The translations under genes and the position numbers were made by a program. A stretch of 64,000 nucleotides of DNA from an uncultured delta proteobacterium (GTDB taxonomy: Bacteria; Desulfobacterota; Binatia; Binatales; Binataceae), in contig CAVRVY010000001.1 in the NCBI GenBank assembly GCA_963724765.1, positions 960,001 to 1,024,000 of the forward strand, given 5' to 3'. Numbering within the stretch: the first letter of the stretch is position 1; the number at the start of each line of letters is the position of its first letter. Of the stretch, positions 37,309 through 47,904 are shown in pieces. The notes beneath the pieces were generated by a model. The model had not been told where the DNA came from, ran no database searches, and saw only the letters and a list, made by a program, of their open reading frames with translations.

Positions 37309-40300
37309 CTATTGACGGTTCTCCGGAAAGTTTTCGAATGAACCGCGGCGGTGGGGCTGGGCAGGGCGCGTGCCGAGCAGGTAGATTCCGCCGGCGATTG
37401 CAGAGGACATCAGCATCGCCAGCACCAGCCCGCCGATCACCGCCACTGCCAGCGGCTGCTGGACCTTGGCGCCCGCGCCATAGCCGAGCGCGAGCGGCAG
37501 CAGACCGGCTGCCGTCGCCAGCGTGGTCATCACAATCGGCCGCAGTCGCACCACCGCCGCGTCGGCCAGCGCCGTGGCGGGCACGACACCAGCGGCGACG
37601 CCGTCCTCTGCGCGATCCAGCAGCAGGATGCCGTTCTTGGACGTGATGCCCGCGACCATGATGACGCCCATGAACGACGAGATGTTGAGCGTGATTCCGG
37701 TAAGCCCGAGCGCGGCGAAGCTGCCGACCAGGCAGGCCAGCGCCGCGATCACCGTGGCCAGCGCGGGGGCCAGCCGCCCGAACTCCCACAGCATGATCAG
37801 CAGCACCATCACCAGCCCGGTTGCCATCACCAGCGCAAGTTGATGGAACGCCTGCTGCTGCTGTTTGTAGAGCCCGCCAAGCTCGAGCGACACGCCCGCC
37901 GGCAGCACCATCTTCGCGAGCCGCGGCGTGATCTCGCCGAGCGCGGTGCCGAGGTCGACGCCCTCCAGACGCGCCGTGACGGGGACGACCGGGCGCAGCC
38001 GCTCGCGCGCAAGCTCGGTGGTCTCGCCGCCCCATCGCATCTCGGCCACGGCGCTCAGCGGTACGACGGTGCCCGACGGCGTGCGCAACTGCACCTCCGA
38101 GAGCGCGGACAGGTCGCGATGGAAGTTCGGCGGATAGCGCACCCGCACGCCGATTAGCCGGTCGCCGGCGCTGAGTTGCGTCGCGACGGTGCCTTCGATC
38201 GCGGTCTCCAGCGTGGCGCGGATGTCGTCGGCGGTGAGCCCGTAACGCGCAGCGGCGCTTTGCTTGATCGCGATCTGTTCTTCGGGGCTGCTCAGCACGA
38301 TGCCGTCGAAGACGTCGACGACTCCCTTGACCGCGCCGATCTCGGCGGCGACGCGGCGCGCGGTCGCCTCGATCGCGGCCTGGTCGGCGCCGAACACCTT
38401 GACCTCGATCGGCTCGGGCACGCCTGAGAGGTCGCCGATCAGGTCCTGCAGCACTTGCGAGAACTCGATATGCACGCCGGGGACCGCGGCCAGGATGCGT
38501 CCGCGCACGTCGTCCATGATTTCGTCGATCGAGCGCGTGCGTTGCTGTTTTAGCCGCACCGAGAAGTCGCCGCGGTCCGATTCGGTGAGGAAGAATCCCA
38601 GTTGCGTGCCGGTGCGCCGAGAGAAGGCGGCGATCTCGGGTGTGGCCCTCAAAATGTCCTCGATTTTACCCAGCAGCGCGTTGGTGTCGTCGAGCGTGCT
38701 TGGCGGCGGCGCGATGTAGTCGAGCACGAAGCCGCCTTCGTCGAGCGCGGGCAGGTAATCCGTGCCCACGGCGCCGTAAAGCACGAAGGCCGCGATGAAA
38801 CAGGCCGCCGCGGCGACCAGGCCGAGCGCCGGTACCCGGATGAATGGGCGCAACTCGGCGAGAAAAGCGGCGCGCATTGCGCCGAATACCCGGCCGGGTG
38901 GGCGGCTCTCGCGCCGCCATCGTCCGATCAACTCTTCCAGCGCAGGCGTGAAGAAAACCGCAAGTGCGAGCGAGATCGCAAGGCCGCCGCCCAGCGTGAT
39001 CGCAAGTGCGCGAAAGAACAGCCCCGTAATGTCCGAGACGAACACCAGCGGCATGAAGACCGCAATCACCGTCAGCGTCGAGGCGATGAGCGGGCGGCTG
39101 AGCTCGCTAAGCGCGTTTTCGACCGCGGCGCTGGTGGGGAGTCCGGTCGAGTGGCCGCGATGGATCGCCTCGATCATGACGATCGCGTCGTCGATGAACA
39201 GTCCGATTCCGGCGGCGATCCCGCCGAGCGTCATCATGTTGAACGTCATCCCGCACAGCGCCATCACCACCAGCGTGATCGCGATAGTGCACGGCACCAC
39301 GACCGCCGCCACCAGCGCGCTCAGCACGCTCATCGTGAAAATCCATACCACCGCGACCGACAGCACCAGCCCGAGGACGATCGCGTCGCGCACGCTGGCG
39401 AGCGACTCGGCCACCAGCGCCGCCTGGTCGTAGGAGAAGGAGAAGGTGATGTCGGGGTAGCGGCGGCGGAACTCGGCGACGATCGCGCGCGCCTGCCCGG
39501 CGATCAACTCGGTATCACCGTTGGGCGTGCGCGAAATTCCCACCAGCACTGACGGACCGTTCTCGCTGGCGGTGCGGATGTAGTCCTCCATGACGCCGGG
39601 GTCCACCGAAGCGACGTCGCGCATGTGGATCGGCTGGTTGTTGATGGTCGTGATTGGCACTGCCAGCAGTTGATCGCTCTGATGGAGGCCGCCAGTGACG
39701 ACCGTGAGCAGCATCCGATGCTGGTCGAGCAGGCGGCCCGCGGATGCGATGACGTTGGCCTGCTTGAGTCCGGTCACCACCTGATCTGGCGTGAGTCCGT
39801 GCGCGAGCATCCGCGCCGGATCGAGCCGCACCACGTACTCGCGGTACTTCGCGCCGACCATCTCGACGCGGAAGACGCCCGCGATGCGATGGAGGCTCGG
39901 GACCAAATCGTAAAACGCGACGTCGGTGAGTTCGGTCAGGTTGCGCACGCGCGAGCTCAGGCTGAGATCGAGAATCGGGAAGGTTCCGGTGGTTAGCAGG
40001 CGCGTTTCGACATTAGTGCCGGGCGCCAGATGGGCGCGAGCCTCCGCCAGCGCAGCACCGAGCAGCTCGAAGCTGGTGGTGGGATCGCTGCTTTCGGCGA
40101 AGTTGACGTCGATCTCGGCGCTGCCGCGCGTGGTGGTCGAGCGCACCAGCGTGGTGCCGGCCACGCTGTAGGCCGCCTCCTCCAGCGGACGCGTCACCGC
40201 GACCAGCATCTGGCCGGCTGGAAGCTCGGCGCTGTCGGCGAGGATGATGGCGCGATGGAAGACGAACTCGGGGAAGACCGCGTGGGGAATCGATTGCGCC

Positions 40301-40368
40301 AGGATCACGCCGAGCACGCTCAGCGCGATCACGGCAAACAGCGACAGGATGGTGTTGCGGCGGCTCAT
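37309..40368 (-). CDS. RND efflux permease (CusA/CzcA-like)
   Basis: 1019 aa; NMMTLGGIAAGIGLFIDDAIVMIE, RLRPIVMTTLAT, QQPLAVAVIGGL. Confidence 0.9.
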   Translation of the reverse strand: MSRRNTILSLFAVIALSVLGVILAQSIPHAVFPEFVFHRAIILADSAELPAGQMLVAVTRPLEEAAYSVAGTTLVRSTTTRGSAEIDVNFAESSDPTTSFELLGAALAEARAHLAPGTNVETRLLTTGTFPILDLSLSSRVRNLTELTDVAFYDLVPSLHRIAGVFRVEMVGAKYREYVVRLDPARMLAHGLTPDQVVTGLKQANVIASAGRLLDQHRMLLTVVTGGLHQSDQLLAVPITTINNQPIHMRDVASVDPGVMEDYIRTASENGPSVLVGISRTPNGDTELIAGQARAIVAEFRRRYPDITFSFSYDQAALVAESLASVRDAIVLGLVLSVAVVWIFTMSVLSALVAAVVVPCTIAITLVVMALCGMTFNMMTLGGIAAGIGLFIDDAIVMIEAIHRGHSTGLPTSAAVENALSELSRPLIASTLTVIAVFMPLVFVSDITGLFFRALAITLGGGLAISLALAVFFTPALEELIGRWRRESRPPGRVFGAMRAAFLAELRPFIRVPALGLVAAAACFIAAFVLYGAVGTDYLPALDEGGFVLDYIAPPPSTLDDTNALLGKIEDILRATPEIAAFSRRTGTQLGFFLTESDRGDFSVRLKQQRTRSIDEIMDDVRGRILAAVPGVHIEFSQVLQDLIGDLSGVPEPIEVKVFGADQAAIEATARRVAAEIGAVKGVVDVFDGIVLSSPEEQIAIKQSAAARYGLTADDIRATLETAIEGTVATQLSAGDRLIGVRVRYPPNFHRDLSALSEVQLRTPSGTVVPLSAVAEMRWGGETTELARERLRPVVPVTARLEGVDLGTALGEITPRLAKMVLPAGVSLELGGLYKQQQQAFHQLALVMATGLVMVLLIMLWEFGRLAPALATVIAALACLVGSFAALGLTGITLNISSFMGVIMVAGITSKNGILLLDRAEDGVAAGVVPATALADAAVVRLRPIVMTTLATAAGLLPLALGYGAGAKVQQPLAVAVIGGLVLAMLMSSAIAGGIYLLGTRPAQPHRRGSFENFPENRQ

Positions 40369-40404
40369 CGATCGGCAATCACGGCGCTCGCGGCGCGCGA
40401 TCCA

Positions 40405-41406
40405 CTACGGCGTCACGCTCGCGCGCACTTCGAGACTGTCGGAGAGCGCGTAGCCACCCGAGGTGATGACGATCTCGCCGGGCTTGAGACCCTGCGTCAC
40501 CTGTACCTCGGTTGGGGTGCGGATTCCGATGGCGACGATGGTGCGATGGGCGCGGCCGTCGCCGCCCACAGTGAAGACATAAGAGTTGTGACGTTCGGCG
40601 TCCTCGAACAGTGCGGCCGCTGGTATCACGATCGCGTCAGGGATGGAGCTCGTTGTAACGTGGACCTCGACCGAAGCGCCGATCTCACTAATCCGATCCT
40701 GGCCTGTGAACTGCACCCACACCGGCGCGGTGGTTCCACCGGGCGAGAAACTGGGAGAGATCGACCAGACGCGCGCTGGGTAGACGACGCCCGGTTTGAG
40801 CGCGGAGACGACCGTTGCGTCCATCCCGGCTTTGAGTGCGCCGAGCCGATTGATCGGGGCCTGAGCGTTGACGTAAACGCTTGAGGGATCGGCCAATTCG
40901 ACCAGGGGATCGAATTCGTTGACGATCTGGCCTGGACTCACGACGCGCTGGGTGACGAGCGCATCCTGCGGCACGCGCACCGCGATGCCCGGGCCGCCGG
41001 AGTAGCGCTTGACCGAGCGCGCCAGCGAGGCAGCCTCGTCAGGATCGATCTTTTGCGCAGCCTCGAGGCCGGCCTGTGCCGCATCCTCCTCGCGATTGAT
41101 GATATGACCGATCACCTCGCTGCGATGGACGGAATCGCCGGTGGTCACTTCGAGTCCCACGACGCGCCCGGATGCGGGTGCGCGCAGCGTAAGCGTGCGC
41201 AGCGCGGCAGTGACGCCGGGCAGCGCAATCTCGTGGCGCATCGGCTTGACCGCGACGCGCGCCGCGCTCACCGCGAGCACCACCTTGGGCGCGGTTTCGG
41301 TTGCCGCGTCGTCATCGGTCGCCGCTTTGCGGCATGCGGGCGCGCTCAGCGCGGTGAGCAGTATCAGCGCTGCGAGAAAAGGACTTAGAGCGTTGCGCGA
41401 CCTCAT
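40405..41406 (-). CDS. RND periplasmic adaptor (membrane fusion protein)
   Basis: Lipoprotein-like N-terminus, LRAPASGRV, IPAAAL, GLKPGEIVIT; ATG overlaps the TolC stop. Confidence 0.85.
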   Translation of the reverse strand: MRSRNALSPFLAALILLTALSAPACRKAATDDDAATETAPKVVLAVSAARVAVKPMRHEIALPGVTAALRTLTLRAPASGRVVGLEVTTGDSVHRSEVIGHIINREEDAAQAGLEAAQKIDPDEAASLARSVKRYSGGPGIAVRVPQDALVTQRVVSPGQIVNEFDPLVELADPSSVYVNAQAPINRLGALKAGMDATVVSALKPGVVYPARVWSISPSFSPGGTTAPVWVQFTGQDRISEIGASVEVHVTTSSIPDAIVIPAAALFEDAERHNSYVFTVGGDGRAHRTIVAIGIRTPTEVQVTQGLKPGEIVITSGGYALSDSLEVRASVTP

Positions 41407-42686
41407 TGGTCGAGCCCGAGCACCAGCGCTCCCTGGGCGGCTGCCTGGCGCGCGGCGAACTTCTGATCGGGACGCGCGAGGCGCAACTGCTCGACCTGTT
41501 GAAAGGCGTCGAGCACCTCGAGCAATGTGACGTTGCCGCCGCCGAGAAAACGCGTCCAGGTCAGCGCGAAGTTGTCCTGCGCGGTGGGCTCCGCGTCGGA
41601 GAGCAGTGCGAGCTGATCGCGCGCCTGACGGTAGCGCGGCTCCGCGTCGGCCAGTTGCTTGCGCAGTTCGAGTTCGACCTGGCGGACCTGGGCCTGGGCC
41701 GCCGCCACCCTGGCGCGGGCCTCGTCGATGTGCGCGGAAATGAGTCCGCCGTCGAAAAGCGGCATCGAGACCAGGCCGTCGTACGACGCGCCAGCGTTGT
41801 GTGTGAAGGTGTGCGGCGGGTCGATGCCTTGCCATCCCGCGGTCAACGCCAGCTTCACGGTCGGATAGCGCTCGCGCTCCGCCGCCTGCACGGCGGCCTC
41901 GGCCGACGCGACGGTTCTTTGCGCGGCCTCGAGCATCGGGTTGCGCGAGAGATCGTTGCCGGGCCACGCGGGCAGGCCGCTGACTTCAGCGACAGTGATA
42001 TCGGACTGTCCTAACCGGCCGAACTGGCCCATCATCGCACGCAGGACGGCGGAGGTGCGCTCGACATCGTGATGCGCGCTGGAGAGCGAGAGGCCGGCGC
42101 TGTTGCTGGCGGTCTCGACCTTGAGCACGTCGTTCGCGATCGAACGTCCGCTTGCGCGCAGCGCCTTGATCACGGCCACGTAGCGCTTAAGGCGTGCGTC
42201 GTCAGCGATGAACTCGCGCTCGATCTCCTGCGCGCGCACAAGGTCGTAGTATGTGACCGTGGTATCGAAGATCATCTGAGCCCGCGCCGCGCGCAAGCCG
42301 TACCTGTCGGCCTCGCTCTGGTAGAGGGCTGCGCGCGCCTGCGCCAGGCGGCGGCCGAAGTCGTAGGCGGTGTAGTTGAGCGTGAGCATCGCGTCGGAGA
42401 GGCCGCCGTTGCTTATCGCGATGCTGTATCCCGGCGCCTGCATGTATTCGGCGCCAACAGCGAGCGAAGGATAGAGCGGCGCGCGCGCCTCCCGCACCAT
42501 CGCGGCGCTAAGCTCACTCTGGGCGCTAGCCGAGGCGACCGTTGGCGCGAAGGCGAGCGCGCGCTGGATAGCCTGGTCGAGCGTGAGCGTCTCGCCGTGC
42601 GCAGGTGCGCAGAATATCGCGATTGCCAGCGTTGCTGTCAGGAGGTAGCAAATTAGCGATAGGGCTCGCAGCGATAGAGCTCGCAT
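41403..42686 (-). CDS. TolC family outer-membrane factor
   Basis: Signal peptide, LTLDQAI, two OEP repeats, PLFDGG, LLEVLDA. Confidence 0.85.
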   Translation of the reverse strand: MRALSLRALSLICYLLTATLAIAIFCAPAHGETLTLDQAIQRALAFAPTVASASAQSELSAAMVREARAPLYPSLAVGAEYMQAPGYSIAISNGGLSDAMLTLNYTAYDFGRRLAQARAALYQSEADRYGLRAARAQMIFDTTVTYYDLVRAQEIEREFIADDARLKRYVAVIKALRASGRSIANDVLKVETASNSAGLSLSSAHHDVERTSAVLRAMMGQFGRLGQSDITVAEVSGLPAWPGNDLSRNPMLEAAQRTVASAEAAVQAAERERYPTVKLALTAGWQGIDPPHTFTHNAGASYDGLVSMPLFDGGLISAHIDEARARVAAAQAQVRQVELELRKQLADAEPRYRQARDQLALLSDAEPTAQDNFALTWTRFLGGGNVTLLEVLDAFQQVEQLRLARPDQKFAARQAAAQGALVLGLDQ

Positions 42687-42814
42687 GGTCTTGGAAACTC
42701 CGTCCGCCGAAATATGCGCTTGGGAGATTTCTCGATCAGATCTAACAAGCGGCTCCCGATGTGACTAATTAACAAACGTTCATGTTGGGGTGCGCAGCGG
42801 CGCGCGGATTTCAC

Positions 42815-44170
42815 TCAACGGATTGCGAGCGGCAGGCGCACTTGGATCTCGCAGCCGCCGGTGGCGCGGTTTGCGGCCTGAATGTCGCCGCCGTGACGGC
42901 GCACGATTTCGTGGCTGAGCGCGAGGCCCAATCCGCTGCCCGCGTCGTTGGCGGTGCGGCTGCGATAGAAGGGATCGAAGATATGATCGATATCGCGCGG
43001 ATCGATGCCGGGGCCGCTATCGCGGACCGAAACCAGCGCGGTCGATCCATTCGTGGTAACGCCTATTTCGATTTTGCCGCGCTCGGGGGTGAACTTGACC
43101 GCGTTGTCGAGCAGGTTGAGCATGACCCGGCGCAGATCGCCGGCGCTTCCTCGGACGACGATTCGCTTGTGCGCGTCAATTGCAAATTCTTGAGCGAATT
43201 CCTGATGCCTCGCCTCGGCCAGCGTCCGCGCCATCGCGGACGCTTGCGCCGCGACCTCGCTCAAATCCACCGGCATGCTCTCCACTGCGGGTTCGGCGTC
43301 CAGCCGCGCCAGGGCGAGCAGATCTTCCGCGATCGCACACAGACGCTCGACCTCGCCCATCGCCTGTTCCAGCGCCGCACGGCTTTCCTCGGCGCCGCGC
43401 GGCCGCTGCAGCGTGACTTCCAGTCCGCTACGCAGGACGGCCAGCGGGGTGCGCAATTCATGAGCGGCTTCGGAGACAAAGCGCTGTTGCGCGGCGGACG
43501 CGAGTTCCAGGCGTTCGAGCAACTGGTTGATGGCGGCGATGAGTTGCCCTGCTTCGTCGTGAACTCGCGGGAGCGGCAGGCGCTGGCGCAGATCGCGCGG
43601 TCCGATGCGGGCCAGTGCGTCCGTGACCTCGTTAACCGGGGCGAGCGCCCATCCCGCCATCCAGTAGCCGCCGGCAACGCACAGCGCCAGGATGATCGGG
43701 ATGGCCAGGAGCAGCGCGCTTCGCAGGTGCGCGATAGTGAGCCGCACCGGCGCGGCATCGGCGCCGTCCTGCAACGATGCGGACTCTCCGTTCACGCGCA
43801 GCGCAACGACCGCGAAGCGGAAGCGATGCTGCCCGCCGTCGACGACCGATTCCGGCGCCGCAAGAGCGCCGGGCAGGTCCGCGCCCGTGTCGCCGGCGTC
43901 GAAGACGACACGGCCGCCCGCGATCAAACGCACCCGGCGTTCCGGTCCCAGATCCTTTTCCTGGCTCAGGCGCTGGAGAATCTGGCTGGTGTCGGCGGCG
44001 CTGGAATGGGAAATGGCGGCCGCGGTCGTATCGGCCTCTTCCATCAATGCCGCGTCGAGCGTACCCCACATCGCGCGCGCGAACATGACCATGATGAGCA
44101 ATCCGGCCGCGAACAGGATGACGGCGGTGATCGCGGTCCAGTAAATAGTCAGTCGCAGCCGAATACTCAA
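42815..44170 (-). CDS. Sensor histidine kinase (CusS-like)
   Basis: 2 TM, HAMP, AHELRTPL, NLLDNAVKF, DSGPGI, GSGLGL. Confidence 0.92.
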   Translation of the reverse strand: MSIRLRLTIYWTAITAVILFAAGLLIMVMFARAMWGTLDAALMEEADTTAAAISHSSAADTSQILQRLSQEKDLGPERRVRLIAGGRVVFDAGDTGADLPGALAAPESVVDGGQHRFRFAVVALRVNGESASLQDGADAAPVRLTIAHLRSALLLAIPIILALCVAGGYWMAGWALAPVNEVTDALARIGPRDLRQRLPLPRVHDEAGQLIAAINQLLERLELASAAQQRFVSEAAHELRTPLAVLRSGLEVTLQRPRGAEESRAALEQAMGEVERLCAIAEDLLALARLDAEPAVESMPVDLSEVAAQASAMARTLAEARHQEFAQEFAIDAHKRIVVRGSAGDLRRVMLNLLDNAVKFTPERGKIEIGVTTNGSTALVSVRDSGPGIDPRDIDHIFDPFYRSRTANDAGSGLGLALSHEIVRRHGGDIQAANRATGGCEIQVRLPLAIR

Positions 44171-44883
44171 TCGGGACCCTTGCTCTTGCTATTGTGCGCG
44201 GGCAAATCGAGGCGAAGCATATAACCAGCGCCGCGGACCGTCACAATCAACGGGGGCTGGTTTACCAACTCGATTTTCTGGCGCAGGCGGTTGATGAAGA
44301 CTTCGACGATGTTCGACATCGCGTTGTAGTCCTTGCTCCAGACCGCCTCGCCGATCATGTCCCGCGTGACGGCCAGTCCGGCGTGGCGCACCAGGTATTC
44401 GAGGACCATCAATTCCTTTGGCGAGAGATCCAGGGTGCGGCCGCCGCGCGAGGCGGCGCGGCGCGAAGTATCGATTACGATATCGTTCGCTTCGAGCACG
44501 GGGCTGTCGGCTGCCAGCCGGCGCCGAAGCAGCGCGCGCACGCGCGCCAACAGCTCGCTGAAGGCGAATGGCTTGGTCAGGTAGTCGTCGCCGCCGCCGT
44601 CCAGACCGCGTACCCGTTCGTCGGTGGAATCGCGCGCGGTCAGGATAAGCACCGGAACCACCGCGCCGGCTGCGCGCAAGTCGGCGAGAAATTCCAGGCC
44701 ATCCTGACCGGGCAGGCGCAGGTCGAGCAGTATCAGGTCGTACCGGTTCTGCGAGAATGACGCTCGCGCGGCCTCGGCGCTTGGCGCGAGGTCGACACTG
44801 AAGCCAGCTTCGCCGAGTCCGCGATTCAAATTGGCGGCAAGCTTCGCTTCATCTTCAACTACCAGCAGACGCGCGGCGTGCAT
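44167..44883 (-). CDS. OmpR-family response regulator (CusR-like)
   Basis: VVEDE, LDLRLP, DDYLTKPF, TVRGAGY. Confidence 0.93.
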   Translation of the reverse strand: MHAARLLVVEDEAKLAANLNRGLGEAGFSVDLAPSAEAARASFSQNRYDLILLDLRLPGQDGLEFLADLRAAGAVVPVLILTARDSTDERVRGLDGGGDDYLTKPFAFSELLARVRALLRRRLAADSPVLEANDIVIDTSRRAASRGGRTLDLSPKELMVLEYLVRHAGLAVTRDMIGEAVWSKDYNAMSNIVEVFINRLRQKIELVNQPPLIVTVRGAGYMLRLDLPAHNSKSKGPD

Positions 44884-44963
44884 CGTGGGCCTCGGGCGTT
44901 GGCGATCCGGGCTTCAATAGCCGGTACGAGCGTACAACGCAGACGGGCCTTGCGCGATAGCCT

Positions 44964-45638
44964 TCAGATCACCAGCGAGAGCAGGCCGGCGGCGATGAGC
45001 GCGCCCGCCCAAACGGCGTCGAGGTTGATCCAGGCGCTGCGCAGGAATGCCAGCCCAACGCGGTCGTACACCACGACGGCGATAGTGCCCATCACGAGCA
45101 GCATCGCGGCCGTATGCAACAGCACCACCGCCACATCCTGCGTGAGCGAGAGCGAGCCCATCGCGGCCATCGACTGATGCATCAAGCGGCCGTGCACGCC
45201 GTGCATCATCTGATGATGCATCGCGGCGCCGCCCGGCATGTCCATCAGGATCGGAAACAGCATCAGACCCGCGCCATGTGCCGAGGCCATCAGGAACGAC
45301 CACAGCGCAAGCTCATACCACTTCACCCGCATCGCGACCCATCGCGGATGCGCGCGCGGCCGAAGGTAGCGAAAGATGCCGAACAATATCAGGATCGCGG
45401 CTCCGGCCGGGCGCAACAGTGGAGAGGCCGCCGCGAATCGCGCCCATCCGATCAATGCGACCACGGCGGCGATCGAAACCAGGTGCCCGAATGCGATCGG
45501 GCCGAGCGCGGCGAAGACCTTGGCGCGGCGGCGCTCCTGGAGCCCGAGCGCCACCGCGAACAGCCATCCCATCGACGGGTCGAGGCCGTGATAAGCGCCC
45601 AGCGCGGCGATCGCGATCCACGGCCACGCCGCGGTCAC
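44964..45638 (-). CDS. His/Met-rich membrane protein coupled to SBP56
   Basis: GAYHGLDPSMGWLFAV, WSFLMASAHGAGLM, MHHQMMHGVHG loop; GTGA overlap with SBP56. Confidence 0.8.
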   Translation of the reverse strand: MTAAWPWIAIAALGAYHGLDPSMGWLFAVALGLQERRRAKVFAALGPIAFGHLVSIAAVVALIGWARFAAASPLLRPAGAAILILFGIFRYLRPRAHPRWVAMRVKWYELALWSFLMASAHGAGLMLFPILMDMPGGAAMHHQMMHGVHGRLMHQSMAAMGSLSLTQDVAVVLLHTAAMLLVMGTIAVVVYDRVGLAFLRSAWINLDAVWAGALIAAGLLSLVI

Positions 45639-47029
45639 GGGTAGCAGAAAGAATCAGATGAGCAGTCGCCGCCTTCCAGATGGATCTGATGCGGACGTTC
45701 GCCCTCAAAGGGGATGAAGAAGTTCGGGTCGAGCGCGATTCCGCCGGCCGGGTTGACGTCGATCTTGGCGATCCATCCGCGAATGCCCTCCGGATAGAAC
45801 TGGCTGTCGAGCGCCGAATAGAGCGAGTTGGTTACGTAGATCCGGCGGCCGTCGCGGCTGATCTCGAGCATCTGCGGCGCGCCGTTGACCTTGCCGGCCT
45901 TGGGATGCGGCGTGCGAGCGGCCATCCCGCCGATCCGCACCGAGCCGGTCTGGCGCGGATGGAACGGGTCGCTCACATCGTACTGCTTGACTTCGCCGGT
46001 GCCCCAACATGAAGCGTAGAGGAACTTGTCGTCGAGGCTGAGTGCAATTTCTGGAACCAGCGGCGGCGCGGCCTTGAACTGCTTGAGCGGCGGCGGCAGC
46101 AGGGCCGGGTCGGCAGGCTCGGCGGGGATCTCGATCACCCTGCGTGCCGCCCATTTGCCGTTGCCGTTCTCGCGATGCCATAGCCAGATTCCGGCGCTGA
46201 GGTCCTTGGTCGAGATGACGGTGCAGACGAAGCCGTAGGCTTTGGTCGGATCGTGCGCCGGCCGCAGCTCGAGCGCCATCTGATGCTCCGCGCCAAGATC
46301 GATTTCCTGGAGATGGCGGCGTTTGCGCAAGTCCCACATGTGGAGCCGATGGCCGTAGTCGCCTTTGACCAGGCGCTCGAGGCTGAGCCCGTTTTCGAAC
46401 ATGTCGGGGGTGCCCCATTCGCTGCTGACCCCGACGTCGTAGCCGATGTTCCACCAGAAGTCGTAAGCGAGGAACTGCGGGCCGCGATCGACCTCCCACT
46501 GCCCGAGCACGTCGAAGCTTTCGTGATCGAGCAGGAAGACTCCGCCTGGGCCACCGCCGTTCGCGCCGCCCATGGCGCTCACGTAAATCGCGTCGGGGCC
46601 GCAATGAAACGTATGCGGGCGGCTGTAACCGGCGCGCGTAGCGATCTCTTCGGCCTCGATCACCTTGACGATTTTCGGCGCGCGCGGGTCGGGCTTGGTG
46701 TCGATCACGTGGATGCGCGAGGAGCGCAGGCCGGGAACCAGCAGGTAGCGGCGCTCGACGTGCGGATGCGGCGAGTAGGGACACAGCGCCGAGCTGCACG
46801 CGTTCCATCCGAAGTGATGCAGTTCGTTGCCGGCGTCGGGCATCTCGAGGCGTCCGACCACGGTGGCGAAGGTCGGGGAGCCGGGGTCGAGGTCGAGCAC
46901 GTTAATCGCGTCGCGTTTGCCGTGCTTGGGATCAAGACTGAAGGTCGCGACGTAGCCGAGACGCTCGCGCGGACCCTCGATCGCCATTCGCGGCGAAGGA
47001 TAAAAAGTCTGGTCGGGCTTCCAAAGCAT
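45635..47029 (-). CDS. Selenium-binding protein SBP56 / methanethiol oxidase family
   Basis: ELHHFGWNACSS, PHTFHC, YDFWW, SSEWG, YVTNSLYS, GGDCSSD. Confidence 0.9.
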   Translation of the reverse strand: MLWKPDQTFYPSPRMAIEGPRERLGYVATFSLDPKHGKRDAINVLDLDPGSPTFATVVGRLEMPDAGNELHHFGWNACSSALCPYSPHPHVERRYLLVPGLRSSRIHVIDTKPDPRAPKIVKVIEAEEIATRAGYSRPHTFHCGPDAIYVSAMGGANGGGPGGVFLLDHESFDVLGQWEVDRGPQFLAYDFWWNIGYDVGVSSEWGTPDMFENGLSLERLVKGDYGHRLHMWDLRKRRHLQEIDLGAEHQMALELRPAHDPTKAYGFVCTVISTKDLSAGIWLWHRENGNGKWAARRVIEIPAEPADPALLPPPLKQFKAAPPLVPEIALSLDDKFLYASCWGTGEVKQYDVSDPFHPRQTGSVRIGGMAARTPHPKAGKVNGAPQMLEISRDGRRIYVTNSLYSALDSQFYPEGIRGWIAKIDVNPAGGIALDPNFFIPFEGERPHQIHLEGGDCSSDSFCYP

Positions 47030-47193
47030 GGGCGTGTGCCTCTTTCAGTTCGGGTTGTGAGCTTCGACCTTAGACAGGGCGGCACTCTCATTCAAGCAAC
47101 TGTGTCGATTCCGACGAGGGCACAATTTTATCAGGTTTTATCTTGCATTTCAGATGTCAAATGAGTTCACTACGGGAGTCTCAAGATCCTATC

Positions 47194-47766
47194 ATGCCGA
47201 TCTACGAATGCCATTGTACCGGATGCGACTTGACGTTCGAGGTCCTGGCGCCGCTTAGCCGGGCCGGCCGGCGCCATCCGTGCCCGCGATGCGACCGGCC
47301 GGCCCGGCGCATCGCGTCAGCTTTCGCAATCGCTTCAGGAGCCAGCGCGCGCGAGCAGAAAGCGGATCCGGGCGCGTCGGGGCTGCCCGCGGCGTCAAAG
47401 CCGCCGCCGCTATGTTTGCGCTATCCAAACGTGCCGATGCTCTGTCACATGGAACCCAATGCGGGCGCGCGATGGCTCGCGCGCTACAATGGCCGTGGCG
47501 CTGAATACGACGACAAGCAGGGGGCGCGCGAGGACCTGCGCCGCAAGCGCGGGCTTCCGCCCGAGCCGCCGCCTCTTCCATCGGAGCATAGCCACAGTCA
47601 CGGGCGCGACTTTCGCCGCCATCAGGCGCAAGCCGCGGCCGAGCCGGGCGGCGCTCGCGACGATGGCGCCGATCACGCAGCTCATTCCACCACGCACGGG
47701 CAAACAGCATCGCCCAAGGGGCACAGGCATGCGCATGCTCACGGTGGCCACGTTCATCGCCACTAG
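47194..47766 (+). CDS. FmdB-type zinc-ribbon protein with His-rich tail
   Basis: MPIYECHCTGC...FEVL...CPRC; C-terminal HRHAHAHGGHVHRH. Confidence 0.75.
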   Translation: MPIYECHCTGCDLTFEVLAPLSRAGRRHPCPRCDRPARRIASAFAIASGASAREQKADPGASGLPAASKPPPLCLRYPNVPMLCHMEPNAGARWLARYNGRGAEYDDKQGAREDLRRKRGLPPEPPPLPSEHSHSHGRDFRRHQAQAAAEPGGARDDGADHAAHSTTHGQTASPKGHRHAHAHGGHVHRH

Positions 47767-47904
47767 CGATTCAAATACGGGCGGGCGCGCGGCGCTCGTC
47801 AGCGGTGTGTTGAAAGCGGGGGTGGAAATTCCGCAAACGTGGACCGCGCCGTGACTTCGGGCAGCGGCACTTGACCGGCGCGAACGCGGGAGGCGAAGCG
47901 AACG

